A stretch of 63,946 nucleotides of DNA, counting the filler, from Perkinsus chesapeaki ATCC PRA-425 (Eukaryota; Protista; Perkinsozoa), in assembly GCA_013115145.1 (NCBI GenBank). It is 5 parts of 5 records of this genome, joined end to end, with 100 filler letters (N's around TTAATTAATTAA, not from the genome) between each part and the next. Parts side by side here need not be neighbours in the genome. Positions count along the whole stretch, not along the records: positions 1 to 29,265 come from JAAPAO010000457.1; 4 more parts are not named here. One strand, written 5' to 3'. The notes under the pieces are model-generated. The model searched no databases. It was not told where the DNA came from and saw nothing but the letters and a program-made list of their open reading frames with translations. Position 1 is the first letter of the stretch; the number at the start of each line of letters is the position of its first letter. Shown one piece after another: positions 11,568 through 25,000 of this stretch. A program made the position numbers and the translations under genes.

Positions 11568-14500
11568 TCAATTGCTCAGCAGTTGCAGGCGTGGGGGCAT
11601 CCCAGTTCGGGGCAGAGGCACGTTGGTGCGCCGTCCCTTCCCAGAAGTCGCACTTCGTGGCAAATGCCTGAAGAGCGACTGGGCGGGTCGGGTGTTAGGA
11701 GAGAACTTCCGCCTGCTGTTTAAAGGTGTGGTATTTTCGAGAATCTTGGTCTGGCCCGCTGCCGCGCAGACGATGATATATAATAATACGATACTTACCT
11801 GCACAACTCTGACAAAGTCATCGCGATCGAGCCACGGCCTCGAAAGTGGCAACTTGGCGAACCTAAAAAATGTCATGTACTATGACGAGTATCTTAATTA
11901 CACTGCGCACTATGAGGAATATCTTAATCACACTGCGCACTATAAAGAATATCTTAATGAGACTACTCACCTTTCAATAGCCCAATTAGCTTCCTCATCT
12001 CCCACAACTTCCTCCAACTCCGCTCGAGATATCTTACCATTGCTATCTTGATCAAACCAATTGAACGCCGCGTCGACTGCCTCCTTCTGCATTACCTATC
12101 GGAAAATCTATTAAAAACTCAGCACTGCGACACATTGAGAGCCAGCGTAAACATTCCTGCCAAGAAGGCTCACGCATCCAGAATCCCTTCTAGGGTCCCG
12201 AATCCCGATGCTGTCCACCTCCCACCGCCTCAGGCTGTTCAGGAGCTGGAGAGTGGTGGAGCGCACATGAGCATCATCTTATCCAAAGCCTGCCACGCTC
12301 GTTTTCTTCTACTACCGGAATTTTAGGAAGCTCAGGTGCGGACCGCGCGCCACAAAACCGGCCATCACCTGCTTACATTGTTCCTGTCCATAACAGCCGC
12401 CACAAACTCAGTATAGTCGACTTCGCCGGATTGATCAGCATCGATCGAATCCAATATTTGGTCAATATCTTCTGGAATCTCAATATCAAGGCGCTTCAGT
12501 CCAGACACAATCTGAAAATTCAACCTGTTTCGTATCTTACCTGCTCAACCTGAAGATTCCTTACCTCTTGGGGGCTTAACCCTCCAGAGTTATCTTTATC
12601 CAAAGTAGTAAAAGTTTCTCTCATTTGTTCCATCTCCCTCGATGACGTATTAAATGCAATAACAGTCAACACTGCACGCTCCAGCCTTCTGAAGTTGCCA
12701 AAACCTAGCACACCCATTTAATGGCGCGTGACTCTGCTCGTGTGAATCCTTCGAAGACAAAATCGATTTTTCTGTAGAAGCATTAAGTTACAATAAACAA
12801 TTTGTTGCATGTCCAATCAATATGCATAAAACTTTTCTACGGGAACGTGGTAAACCACATTGAACTAGCAAAAACATTCTTAGAGCAGAACATTTATCAG
12901 ATCATTGACGTGAGACGGATATAGACTATATCTACGCCCGATGTGCCGATTGCTAATACAACTGATATTAATATATCTAGCGCCATTCTCGTGATAAACC
13001 TGCGTAAAGCGAAGTTTCCAGTAATCGAATAACTTCTACTAAAGGATAGCAATCGCGGAAATATAATGGGAAATCGGCTATAAAATATCATCTGGCGCGA
13101 ATAGCTATACCACCATTATGAGTTCATTCGACAATCCTGAACATTTAACCTATCAAACGCCTCCTTCTCACTTCTTAGATTATGCAGCAACTGTCTTTGC
13201 TGAAATGCCGGATAAAACTCATGCTGTCTGAGCCAGGGATGATTCAAAGCTTCACGCGCCGATGGCCGCTTGGTCGGATCCTTTTGCAGAAGAAGTCCCA
13301 CCAACCTGAAACGACGTGCGCATGCGTGCATACCGCTCTCTCCTCAAATTCCTCACTCAGCAGCCGCTTTGCTAGGAATCTTCGATAAATCTGGCTCCAT
13401 AGTCTTAACTCTATCAAATAGCTCCGTTTCATCACTCAAACTCTTAGGTGTCCAGAATGGATGTTGACCTAAGATACCACCAAAAGATACCCCACCACTG
13501 CGCACTGTGAAGATTTCTCACCAGTCAGCATAATATACATAATAATGCCCACTGACCAAGAATCGCACTTCTCATCATAGTAAGTATTGTCAGATATCAC
13601 CTCCGGTGCCATATACAGTGCGGTGCCTATTAACCATACATTTCTAGGATACTTACTCAACAGAAAATCATCAAGTTGCATTCTTCTTTATATAGATTAC
13701 ATAACACACCAGAATTTATATTCCATACCTTCATACGTAGGGTAAAAACTCCCACCATCCGAACGCGAAAAGCTTAACTAGGTAATGATGGACGAACGAG
13801 AATGCAGGGCGGTTATACAGCATAAAATAGTCCAACACTAATAACTCTGAGTTTCTGTTAAGGGATTGGTCAACCTTAGAGCTTTCCCATACAAATATAA
13901 CAAAAAGCTTATGAAAAAATTCAATCTACAAACAATAAACTGAAATAATAATTCCAATAATAGAACTAGAATATCCGTTTCGTCTATTTTATTTCATCGT
14001 GCAGTAACTATGTTGTTGTTTTTCATCCATTTGATACCAATCGCCTATTAAATGCCTCTTCTTACCCAGCACATCCTTCAACCATGGTTTATCATGGTAC
14101 ATAGGCTTCAATCCAGCTAGACCAAAATCAATCAACTTAACACAGGATCGCATATCCTTTGTTTTAAACAAACAATTCTCCAACTTCAGATCTCTATGCA
14201 CCTGCAAAAAATGAAACGGTTGATCGATTTTAAACATGCTTTGCTGAAAAGATAGCAAATTCCCCGGCGAAAATTAGGCCCATATTGACCGCTAAATCAT
14301 TGCCTCCGCTCTGCGACAGTGTTGGAGCATCTCTCAGTTCAACCACGAGGTCGCGAAGGAAAGTACAATCCTCAGTGCAAGAAAAATTCTGTAAATTTTC
14401 GTAAATATTTCATTTCTTCGCCGAAAGGCGAAAGCCACTACAACCATAGACTCTGAGACTGCTGGATGAAGAAAGCCATAAGAATCTTTGATAAGATGCT

Positions 14501-15958
14501 TGATTGATAGGATATCTTATAAGATACCGAAATAAGAAGATATTCCACAACCCAATAAATGCTGACCCGATTATTACTATTCCAACTTGATGAAGATATG
14601 CAACTCCGAGGAAGATCTGCCGTATGATCGATCCTATAAGATGATCTGACGCCATGGTCAGCGCCCAGCTTGAAGCGTGCATTTAGCACCATTAAAGATA
14701 CCATTCTTACCAGAGTACAACTCCTCCCTTTTATCGATCACATCAAACAGTTCTCCACCTTCACATAATTCCATTATAACATACAAATTATTTTCAGATT
14801 CATACCAAGAAAGCATCCTGCAAAAATGTAATTCATGAAACGCTTCGCTCCGCCTCAATATCCCAAATAACTTATACCTAGCCCTACCCTAGCGAAGATC
14901 ACGCTATGGCCTTGAAAATCAATATCTCGCAGAATCCAGAATAACTGTAAAAAGCGCACCACGCAAAAGAACAGTAAAGTTTCAATAAACTGCCAGCAAA
15001 ACAGCAACACTCAGTAAACCTACGGTGAGACAACTATCAAAGACAATAATAAAAATAATTGCAAACAATTTATCTAGCTAAACAAGTTTCACTGTGTTAT
15101 CGTTAAAGACTGGCTAGAGGTGGCTATTTTACGGTTTTTCTATCAGATTTCCTCCTCCGTCTCCCTCCCCTATGACCTTATAACATTAGGATGGTCCAAA
15201 CTTATTAGAACTTGAAGCTCTCTTTCCAGCAACTCCAAATCCTCAACACGTTTCTTCGATATTATTTTACACGCTCGCCTCGCACCAGTAGACCTTTCAC
15301 GAACTTCGTACCTGACAACAACAACGATACTAATGATTTCCGGGATTATATCATTTATATAACTATGATTACATTATAAATTAAGCATATATAGTCACAG
15401 AAGTATGAGCTAATTCAAGCTGCGCCAAATATAAGAGTATAAGTATAAGCCACATAAGTATAAGCTGCGCCAAAATGTAACAAAATTAAATGAAAAGACG
15501 TAAACCGCCGCCGGTCAACAGTGTCGCTTTGCACTTATCACCACACAACAAATATGCATGTAATGATTGATAGATTCAGCGTCCTCTTTTTGACTCTCTG
15601 ACACTCGTTTCAAAATTTAACCTCACGACACGCAATGTTGAGATGGCAAATCCGAACTATTCTATTTTATTGCTTTGAGCTGAGCATCACTTCTACCATT
15701 CCTAAAGTTCCTCCAAAGAGGCTTACACAGATGCATATCCTCCTTTACCCAATCTAATGCCAGTCCATCTATATCTAACACATGAATCTTGCAATCTTGC
15801 ATTTCCTCAACGCCATTTCCTCACTTTGACGTAACCTTCCGTGTTGGGTCCAATTTAAGCCTCAAACTAACGATATCGGTATGATCCATAGCTGCGGGCT
15901 CCGGGCCTGGCGGTGACCGCTGCGCCCCTAAATTCTGCCCGTTTATGCCGGAATGCAT
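11568..15958 (-). CDS. CDPK: Calcium-dependent protein kinase (kinase plus calmodulin-like domain), many exons
   Basis: Ordered exons: [10 protein letters not shown]|[26 protein letters not shown]; [13 protein letters not shown]; [15 protein letters not shown]; [25 protein letters not shown]; [17 protein letters not shown]; junction [16 protein letters not shown]; EF loops [36 protein letters not shown]. Confidence 0.95.
11881..11970. repeat. 30-bp degenerate tandem repeat x3 in a CDPK intron
   Basis: tatgacgagtatcttaattacactgcgcac / tatgaggaatatcttaatcacactgcgcac / tataaagaatatcttaatgagactactcac. Confidence 0.85.
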
Positions 15959-16260
15959 GAAACTTGTCCGATCGCTCCGTTGCCGTTGAATTTCATAAAC
16001 CTGCCAAATACCAGACTTTACATCACCCGACGATCAGGCCACCACCAGCACAGACACGCACGGAAGGTTTTCATACCATAAAAAATCTCGGGAACTCCAT
16101 CCGACTTGCTATTGAGATTGTTGCGAGCGGTTGAGCAGAAAATTTATAGTCGAAAAGGTAAAATGACAAAGCGGATCTATCACGGGGTGACTTCACAAAT
16201 AATTTCTTGAAAACATATCCTCCTGAGACTAGTTACAAGACGATGAACTCGATAATCTAC

Positions 16261-16310
16261 GTTTCTAACTTGTTAGGCGACGATTGTTTCTAACTTGTTA
16301 GGCGACGATT
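16261..16310. repeat. 25-bp exact tandem duplication
   Basis: gtttctaacttgttaggcgacgatt x2. Confidence 0.9.
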
Positions 16311-16656
16311 GCTGAATCCACCAAGCACCCTTAGGATCATAGGACCAACGCCGACGTTCGCGTACTAATACTTTTTCTCTGTCCATCTCAGAGTATTATC
16401 TTCGCAACAGTGAAACACACTGTGGCATTGTGCTCGATGTCTCAGTCAAGAATGACACCGTAAATAGTAAAAAATTACCAATGCACAAAAATTTCATACA
16501 ACGAATCCACCAATACACCCAATGACGATCAAACGAAAGTGCGGTATTCCTCCAGCCTTCTGGAACATCCAGAAATCTTACTAGTGCGGAGATACCATGA
16601 AGCCATATGAACGATTCGTCCGATATACTGTGTGTTATTTACTAACCAAAACCACA

Positions 16657-18064
16657 TTACTCTGGTATAGCTTTCCGCTTCCCTCCAGCGCCCCTGCCCG
16701 ACCCTCCCCCTATTATGACCTGGTCTCGAACTCTATCCGTTATAGAATGCTCCATCTTCGGTGGTGGTGGAGGGGCCTCAGACAAAACCCCTTCGGCTAG
16801 GGCTCCCTGAGATGTAATACAAACTTCTTTCAGGAATCGATCGACCCGACAGACTTCAACAACCGTCCACAAAAAGTTATTATTAGAGTATCTATGGAGA
16901 TGGAGAGTTTGAAGAGTTTTCTCACCGGTCAGAAATAGGTTAATTAGGATTAATGCAGTGATAATCCTGCCCACCACCAGTCAATATCTCACAACCATTC
17001 GCTTAATAATAACGAAATCAATCCAAGTAGTATTTTGTTCGCTTTTCAGAAAATACAGTATTTTTCCCAAAGATACACGACAATACAAATATATTTCCCC
17101 TCGTGTGGCCGCCGCCTCAACAATAGTAGTCCCCTCGCTGCTAGCCCTATCAACCTAAGATCCTAAGCCCGTAATAGCAAAGACTAAGGACATCGTCGTC
17201 CCGATCGAAAACACATCCGACAAATACAGCTGCCCATATTGCCTTTCATAATCTCTATATGGCTCCTCGCCAACAACAACAGCAACCTCCTGAATACCCC
17301 TTATTACCACTCTTTGATGTTGCGCCAACATTCGCCGTGCCCGACGATCTTTAACCCCCCTTCCCGTTGGGTCTACTCCGAAGCACCACCGAACTGCCGC
17401 ACCTGTTATAAAATTGATTGGTCATTCCCTACGCATCTGGAACAAAGCTCGCCTCCAAAAATGATGTAAGCAAAGGATAAATCTCGAAGAAGTGGGGAAA
17501 AGTCAGGAACAGGTTTTAATTTTCCCCAAAGATCGTCGTTCGATAGCTCAATTGACGCAATTGTTTCCACCAAAATTTGTTGAACAAACGGAAATATTTC
17601 TCGCAATTTCCCACCGTTATTTCCTGATCATTATCCCAGTTAATACCTAAACACGCACAGCAGTCAGTTTCAGGGGGAGGAGCTCTATACGGTGTAGAGG
17701 CCGCCTCAGCGGCACGTCTGGAATAAAACGACGTGAGCAGGGTTCGAACCGGAGACTTATCGATACTCTAATTGAGAGAAGCTGCTCTCCTGTGAGGTCA
17801 AACTAAACCGTGACAATTGCCGCGAGCCTTCATTAAACCGTCCCTTAACTTTCTTCTTGATGCTCCTGAATCCAAGCTTGAAGCGTGCACTTGATAACTA
17901 TAAAGATACCCCAATAGCCCTGGTGGAGTGTCAGTTTCATCTACTAAACCAGCAAAGGATGCTCTATCGTCCTCCATCGATGGATATCCGTTCTCTGGTA
18001 TGGTGGAAGTCGCCTCGTCTCGATGCCTCCAAAATCTAGAAGAGCCCTTTTTATTATTGGGCAT
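16657..18064 (-). CDS. Hypothetical multi-exon protein
   Basis: ORFs 17798-18064, 17406-17606 and 16657-16977 are co-oriented and protein-like (PFVQQILVETIASIELSNDDLWGKL; EAPPPPPKMEH...KRKAIPE*). Confidence 0.5.
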
Positions 18065-19059
18065 TACAAAAACTCTAAGCTACCCAAAATCTTCATAGTG
18101 CGAAAAGATACGTTATAAGATAAAAAGCTTATTTGTTCACCTTATAAACGCAGTATTACTCTGCAGGATGGCTGTCGGTGATCTTTACAGGATCAGCCAA
18201 CTATAGTGCTGTAAAAGATACGCATCATGTAAAAGATGATTTCGTGGCGCGCAAGAATTTTCGAATAGCGCACTTATACCATACTACAATCATCGATATC
18301 ATTTGAATGCCCCCTAATAATGATCATACGCCACAGCAAAGGCTATTGGATAGATCACTGGTGAGCTTATCACACTACTATCACATCAGCCAAATATTGT
18401 TAAATTTTACCGTACTTTCTACATGGGTAAAAATATCTCGTAAAAACTACCTTTAACATTTTTTAAGAGATTATATTATTTGCAAATTATCGTATACGTA
18501 ATTATATTAACATAAAGGGCCACTTTTATTCCTCACTTGGTAACTTAATCTCAGCGAGTCCGAAAAAAGCGACTCGATTTTGTCGATGGGTGGTTTTTAA
18601 TTCAACGAAAATTTTCTGAAAGAAATCCTTGAAAGTCGAAATTTCACTTTTTTGGTTTATTAAAACTCCTCTTGCCATCGACAGGATTTCGGAACTTGCA
18701 CCAATGCTCGATCCAGAATGAGCTCGAACGATGATAAATTGGGACGTGTCGATATAGTGTGAATGTGGCCTTCTGAGTTGGCAATAAGGAATATTGTAGA
18801 CAATTGAATAGTGGAAGTATTAGTGTATATCTAGCTTACACTAATTATACTATTAATACTAATTAATATTAATACTATTGGTATACTATTAACTATTATA
18901 TGTAAGAATCGATAATAGGATACCGTTAATATAACTATAAGAGAATTTATTTGAATTTATTAGTAAGGTGAGGATAAATCCAATTTTCAGTGATACGAAA
19001 TGATGTACTAGCAAGAGCAATCATCAAACGAATTTGAGATCAATGCTGTTTGTTCTCAG

Positions 19060-22000
19060 ATGACACCCCTCCTTGCTGGGCCTTCCCCCGATTCCCCACA
19101 GAAAACTGAGCCACTTATAGTCAGGCTTTTGTCGGCCGCTCAAACGTGGATTCCTATCACTATTATATTACAAGCTTACAATCGTTCGGTTGCCAAGAAG
19201 GATATTCGAGGTGGAGTAATACTTGGATTGGTGGCGATTTCGCAAAGTATGGCCCACGCCAATATAGCACATATCACTTTAATACATGGGCCTTATTCAT
19301 GTGTGTGGCCTCCTATTGTGTAAGTATCTTAGCTCGAAGCGGATTAGATACGTTTGAAGTCAGATATGCCCTCTTTGGATCCTCACGTCATTTATCGATT
19401 GGCACTGGCGCTATGATGGCCCTTATGACTGGCGAACAAGTCGTATCTTATCCTGATATCGAAACACGTAGGCGGGCATTTCTATTGATTTTCACGTTGG
19501 AAATTCCACTCTAGAACCCTGGATAAAATGTCGTGGTAAATTGCCGCCGTTTTGCCATTTTATAAGTATCATTGCTCAGCTGTAATTTATCGCTAGGTTA
19601 GCCTAGCAATTGTTGCAGGTTCAAGCTCCAAGCCTTCCCGGAAAAATCCTGTTGTAAATCTACTGGAGTTGAACTGCATACTTTCCTGTCAGACTTCTGT
19701 CTGCTCGCTGTTTGGCGATAATGCTTGTTAAAATCAACCGGCCGACTTTTCGACTGTGTCACAGTGACACAGTCGGCCAAATTTACCTCTATTTTGCCAG
19801 TAAATCTCTTCGATGATTACCGCTCTAGTAGTGTAAGGGCGGTAGTAGGGTTGGAAATGTGCTAAGACATCGCTGTACTACTCGGTCGTTTCTGTCTACC
19901 GGGCAACCACGTCTGTTGAGCTATCGTTGATATCCCTCAAGCTCGCGCGGAGGAGGTCATGTCAGACGACCCATACGATTTTCTCTCAAAACGCGTTGCT
20001 CCCCCGTTTACGGGCCTCCTGAGTATCTTGGTGCCATTCGTTTCGTTTTTTCTCAATGCGCGATGGAGTCCACTGACCCAAGAATAGGGTTGAATGCACT
20101 TGCGCCAAAGATACCATACCCAGCATGCGTCATCCTTGAGACGAAGTCTTCGTCTCAAGGGTTTCGGTCAATGAGCGGCCAATATAAACCGGCGAAATTG
20201 CCGAGTTTGGGCACACCACGTTGGAGAAGCTCGGTTGCTCCAGTCAGAAGGTTATCCCAGGTAGATTCACTGTTGTGGAAGAATGGCAGCTGGGCTGCCC
20301 GCTTCAATGGATAGAAAGCGGCCTGAATGCTCCTGGCTACATTAAGATTTTGGATAAGCGAAGGCGCCACCTTCATGGCGGATAATATCCGCCGGGTATG
20401 GAGCAAGTCCAAGCACCATCTTGCGAATGGGTGTTCGAAGATGATAACGCATGTCCCACGTTTCGAGAGTAGCGGTTGGAAACAGAACACTTTTGCGAGG
20501 ACTTCAAGGTTGGCAGGTCAGCCTCTGTTCACACCGACCCAATGTTCCATCCTCCAAAACTTGACCACCTGTGGCCAATTGAGCGTCTTTGGGGGATAAT
20601 GAGCTATGGAGTGTTTCACTGTTTCACACCCTAGTAGCTTTCACTGAGAGCCTTCCAGGTAACGTGACACTGTGAATCATAGTGGGCAGTTTGTGAATGG
20701 AAATGACATGCCCTCAAGTCTGAGGTCTGAAATCACGTCTATTCAATCGCCCACCTGATACGGAGATGGGGAAGGAACGCCTGACTGTTGCCACCTATGA
20801 CGCTTGGTCCAAGTGTACTGATATACGGCTCCCGGTATATCGTTAAACGTGCTGAGGGCCTATTGGTGCTGGGGTGCCTCGTGGCAAGTGGATCCATTTA
20901 TTCAAGGGACTTCGTGAACCGTCAAGGCATCAGTCTTGCTCGCCCAAGCCGTTCCTGTTGGGGAATTCTCTAGCTACCCAAGCAGACAGCAACAGTGAGA
21001 CCTTGTAGCAACTTGCTATTGGAAAGTGAATCACTTGAAGTGATGGTTTCTACTAGAAGATTCCTCGCTGTCCAGTATACTCTACATGCAAGCCCTTCTG
21101 TGCCAATTACAATTGTGAAGCTAGTGGCGTTGCAAAATGTCAGTTAACAGTGTTAACCTACTCTGCATAGTGCTCTGGGTAACCGTGGCTATATTTTCGC
21201 TCGGTCTGTATACTATGTCCGCTGAAATGATGCCGTTCGAGCCAGAGGCTCCGAATCGGAGCCTCCGACCATTAATCCTGTCCTCTGCCCTCATCAAAAA
21301 CGATATTCCTCTTTCCAAAGACTTGAACTGAGTTCAAGTTCGTGAGTTCAATGAACTCACGAACAAGTTCATGTTCGTCTTTACAAGTGCTCTATTCTCA
21401 GGCACTAGAGTTTCCTGTCAACTGGCGCTCATTACAGGCATTGCCTTATGCATCATGGCGGCATTACGGATGTCATTTCTGGTTAGATTCATCTCCAGGC
21501 CTGCTCTGTCAGGTTTCGTAACAGGTCGGTGAGATATCATTGGGTCGTGGTGCATCTTATTGTTAGGTTCTGGTTTTGTTATTCTGGCAACGCAAATGAA
21601 GGATTTTTTTGGCCTTCGATCAGTACCGAAAGGCGTTGACTTTTTTGAAAATATGTATTTTATCATGACGTGTTTGCCACAAGTAAGGCTTGGAATATGC
21701 TATTTGAAGGATTGGTCGACTTGGTTACACTTCCCCCCTTTCATTAGCATTTCCCCTTCACGCATATTCTTTTGTAATTCAATACTGTGATGTCTACAGG
21801 GGGTCCCAGAGAAAATGTGCTCTTGTGAAGAACTTTTTGAAAGAGGCGAATATCTGGGTGGAAAGTACGGCGATCTGGAGTTCCACAAATTGACATCTCG
21901 TTCACATTTGACGACAATCACAATCACCTCTCACAGTATACAGTGACAATTTTACTTCAAGGTTTGGGCCAAGTAAACTGATCTCTTCCATTATAACTGA

Positions 22001-25000
22001 CTCGAAAATTTTATAATCTACATTTCTCGTCGACCTCGTCGAGTATCATTATGAGTGTTCTACTGGTGAGGAAGCTACTTCCAAGGGCTTTCGAACACCA
22101 TACGTGTCGCCAGAATATTCACCATCCTCGAAAAGCTATTAAAAACTTCGTTTGGGGACACCCTGTAGAGTCTACAGGCGCTGGATAGTCCATTGTCATA
22201 CATCACCCTCGATGGTGATCGATGTTCTTGTAATCAGACATCCGTACCAGTTTTGGTATTGGGAATATTGGTTGTAATAATTATAGAAGGTTCGAAGCAT
22301 TTAAAAGGCAGACGGCATTTCAAACAGATAGCGCAGTTCAAGGAGCTCATCGCAGGTGACCATAAAACTTTGGCGCGTGCTCCAACCTTAAGATTCTCCC
22401 CTCAGTGGTCATTGCCACCATTTTATGTTGGATCATTTCTGTCACTCTCGGCTACGATGAGCAGCACTCGCTGATACCGCATGTCGGTAGTGTTAACTCG
22501 GGTTCGCAGGGATGATAAGATTCCTCTATAGGTCGGAGAGGTGCCTTCGGGTCTCCCAGGATTTGCTATACCATCTATGACGGGGATTACCAACGTCATC
22601 CCAAATGGGTAAGGCGCTCAGTGACGTGTTGAGCTCTTTTATAAGTCTAGAAAGCATTTCTAGCGAACCGCTGGTGCTACCTCCCTCAGCAACATTTCTA
22701 CTGCCTCAAGGAAGCTGCGTTTTCATCATTTCACTTCGTTCGGTCAGATTTATTATAGTGTTGATTAAGCGCGGCATGCGGTTTGAAAAGTAGCTAAGAA
22801 GGTCTTAAATTATTGTATGACGTCTTTTAGGGTTTAAACAGTGTTTATAATGAAGCAATTTTGTTATCGTTATTTATGATGAAACATTATTCGGCAGCTT
22901 ATATCTCAATAATCATATATTTGTGATTATTGATAGGCAGTTCTTGAGCAATCTCCGACTTCTTCGATGACCTATTATATATATATAATCATATCAGGAG
23001 CAATACCCCGCTCACTTCTCTTGTCCTAAGAAGGTCAAAAGACGACCTTGTGGAATATCTCATCTTGATCAGGTTCATGGTATCTCTAATGTGTTTTATC
23101 TCCAGTTATGCTCCAGCCAAGAAGTTTGCCATTGTTGATCGGTAAAGTTACCCCTCCGGTGCTATTGAGGTATCCTTTGTAGATACGACATCAACGCCGG
23201 TAGCGAGCTGACAGCGCTGGGGTTGTCTAATATAGCAGGTGAGAGACAGGATTGGGAAACCTGGAGCGGTCTGCTGTTCGGTTGTATGGGTAGTGATTTG
23301 ATAGCACTCACAATGAAGTGTACGTCTGGCATATACTCCACCATAAGTGCTGTATCCTGTCATATTATAACATCTCTCGGCTACTTGGAATGTGATTTCC
23401 CCTCCTTTCCAGGATCCTTCTTTGGTGCTATGCCGGTGCAAGGTGGTATGTCTAGAACAAGTCTAGGATATGCTACTGGAGTTAAGACCCAAGTGAGTTT
23501 GGATGACCACTCATACCAATGAGACACATTCAGGGATTTGCCGCAGAAGTTTGAAAAGCTCCTAGAGCCTCTATGACAACCTATGGCACTTCCGGTACTT
23601 CTCAGTGACAGAGGACATTTGCTTCTGTAGCAGCATGGTGGTATAGTATGCCGTATAATTAGGTCCTAGTTTATAGTGAAAACCCTGAAATCCCCAAGCA
23701 TAGTTCAAGACTGGTCAAATTGAAGCTTCTTCTTCTGGGGTCAATCTGAGGTCAACGGATTTTCAAGGAGGTTGGGAGAAAACTACCAAGTCAATCGTTT
23801 TTTGAGTATTCATAAAATCGTGAAATTTTTTCAAAACCTCTATTTCATTGTCATGTCTCACTGGTTTTTATTCAGGTTGCCGGCCTTGTCGCTGCCGCAG
23901 TAGCTGTAGGCGTTCTAGCGTGTTTGACACCATTGATGTGAGTGGGCGTACTAACTGATGGAAAAATAGTAAAATATCAATCCCCTACATTGATCGTATT
24001 AGCTGCTACCGACTACTCTAGAGGCCGACTATTGCCTTATAATGTTCAACTATCATCATCATTACCATTCAATTGATGTTTTATTATTCGTCGTATTTGT
24101 CGGTAGTATGCATAGTACATTAGCCTTCTCTCGGCTTCAAATGGTAGGCCATGGTAGAAACTCGACGTACATTTTTAGTGCACCGCTTTAGTAGGACTAC
24201 TTACCAGTTCGCTGGTAGTATTCTTTCCCGTCGCGCCGTGCCAAAGAGTCTTCCATTTTCTATATCGGAGTAACAGATGCTATAAGCCAACCGTCATAGC
24301 CCCAGTGATTTTCTCAAGATTGCTGCCCATTCCAGGTTTTGGGTACCAAGATGTGCCCTTGCTGGTATCATCATAACTGCAGCGATGCATCTTATGGACT
24401 TCTCTCATGCCCGATGGTTAATGTATCATTCAAAGAAGGACACTGCCGTGTGGATCATGGCGTTCATGGGTGAGCTAGGGCCGCATTGGATTTGGTTTAG
24501 GGCTGAATGGGTTGCTCTATTGACTATTACAGAGCGACCGAAAAATATTGAAGTCGGTCGAAAAAGCACATCTCGATGGTGAATAAATACAATATATATC
24601 TCAGGAGAGTTTATACCTATTATGGCATGCTTCATTGGATGACGAAATAATACTTCTTCGCGATATTGTTGGTGTTAGTGAGTGAAGTACAGTACGCCTA
24701 AAGTGTGTATGGCTCAACTTGGCCTTAACCGCTGCTCGTATCAAATTGAAATTTGGTAGCCCGGTAACTCTCTTAACATGGATGCTCAACGGACTTGGTA
24801 TTTTAATACTTACCTTTCATCACTCCTTTAATTATCATTTACATCTCTTCTTGGTGGTGTTTGTCATGAGTATTATTTCTGGTTCATATCAACAGCGACA
24901 GTCTCTCATTTGTTCCCATCAGGTACGTTAGTCTTCGGCCTCCTTCAAGGTGTTTTCCTGTCTGTAATGTTATCAGTAACATTGATGATATATACAGTAG

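Noticed and set aside
11551-12051. 166-aa plus-strand ORF with YxEYLN repeats
   Set aside because: Antisense to the 3' CDPK exons; the repeats are an intronic 30-bp minisatellite; no homology recognised.
17735-17790. GGTTCGAACC T-loop-like sequence on the minus strand
   Set aside because: T-stem does not pair, the span is too short for a tRNA, and it lies in a probable exon.
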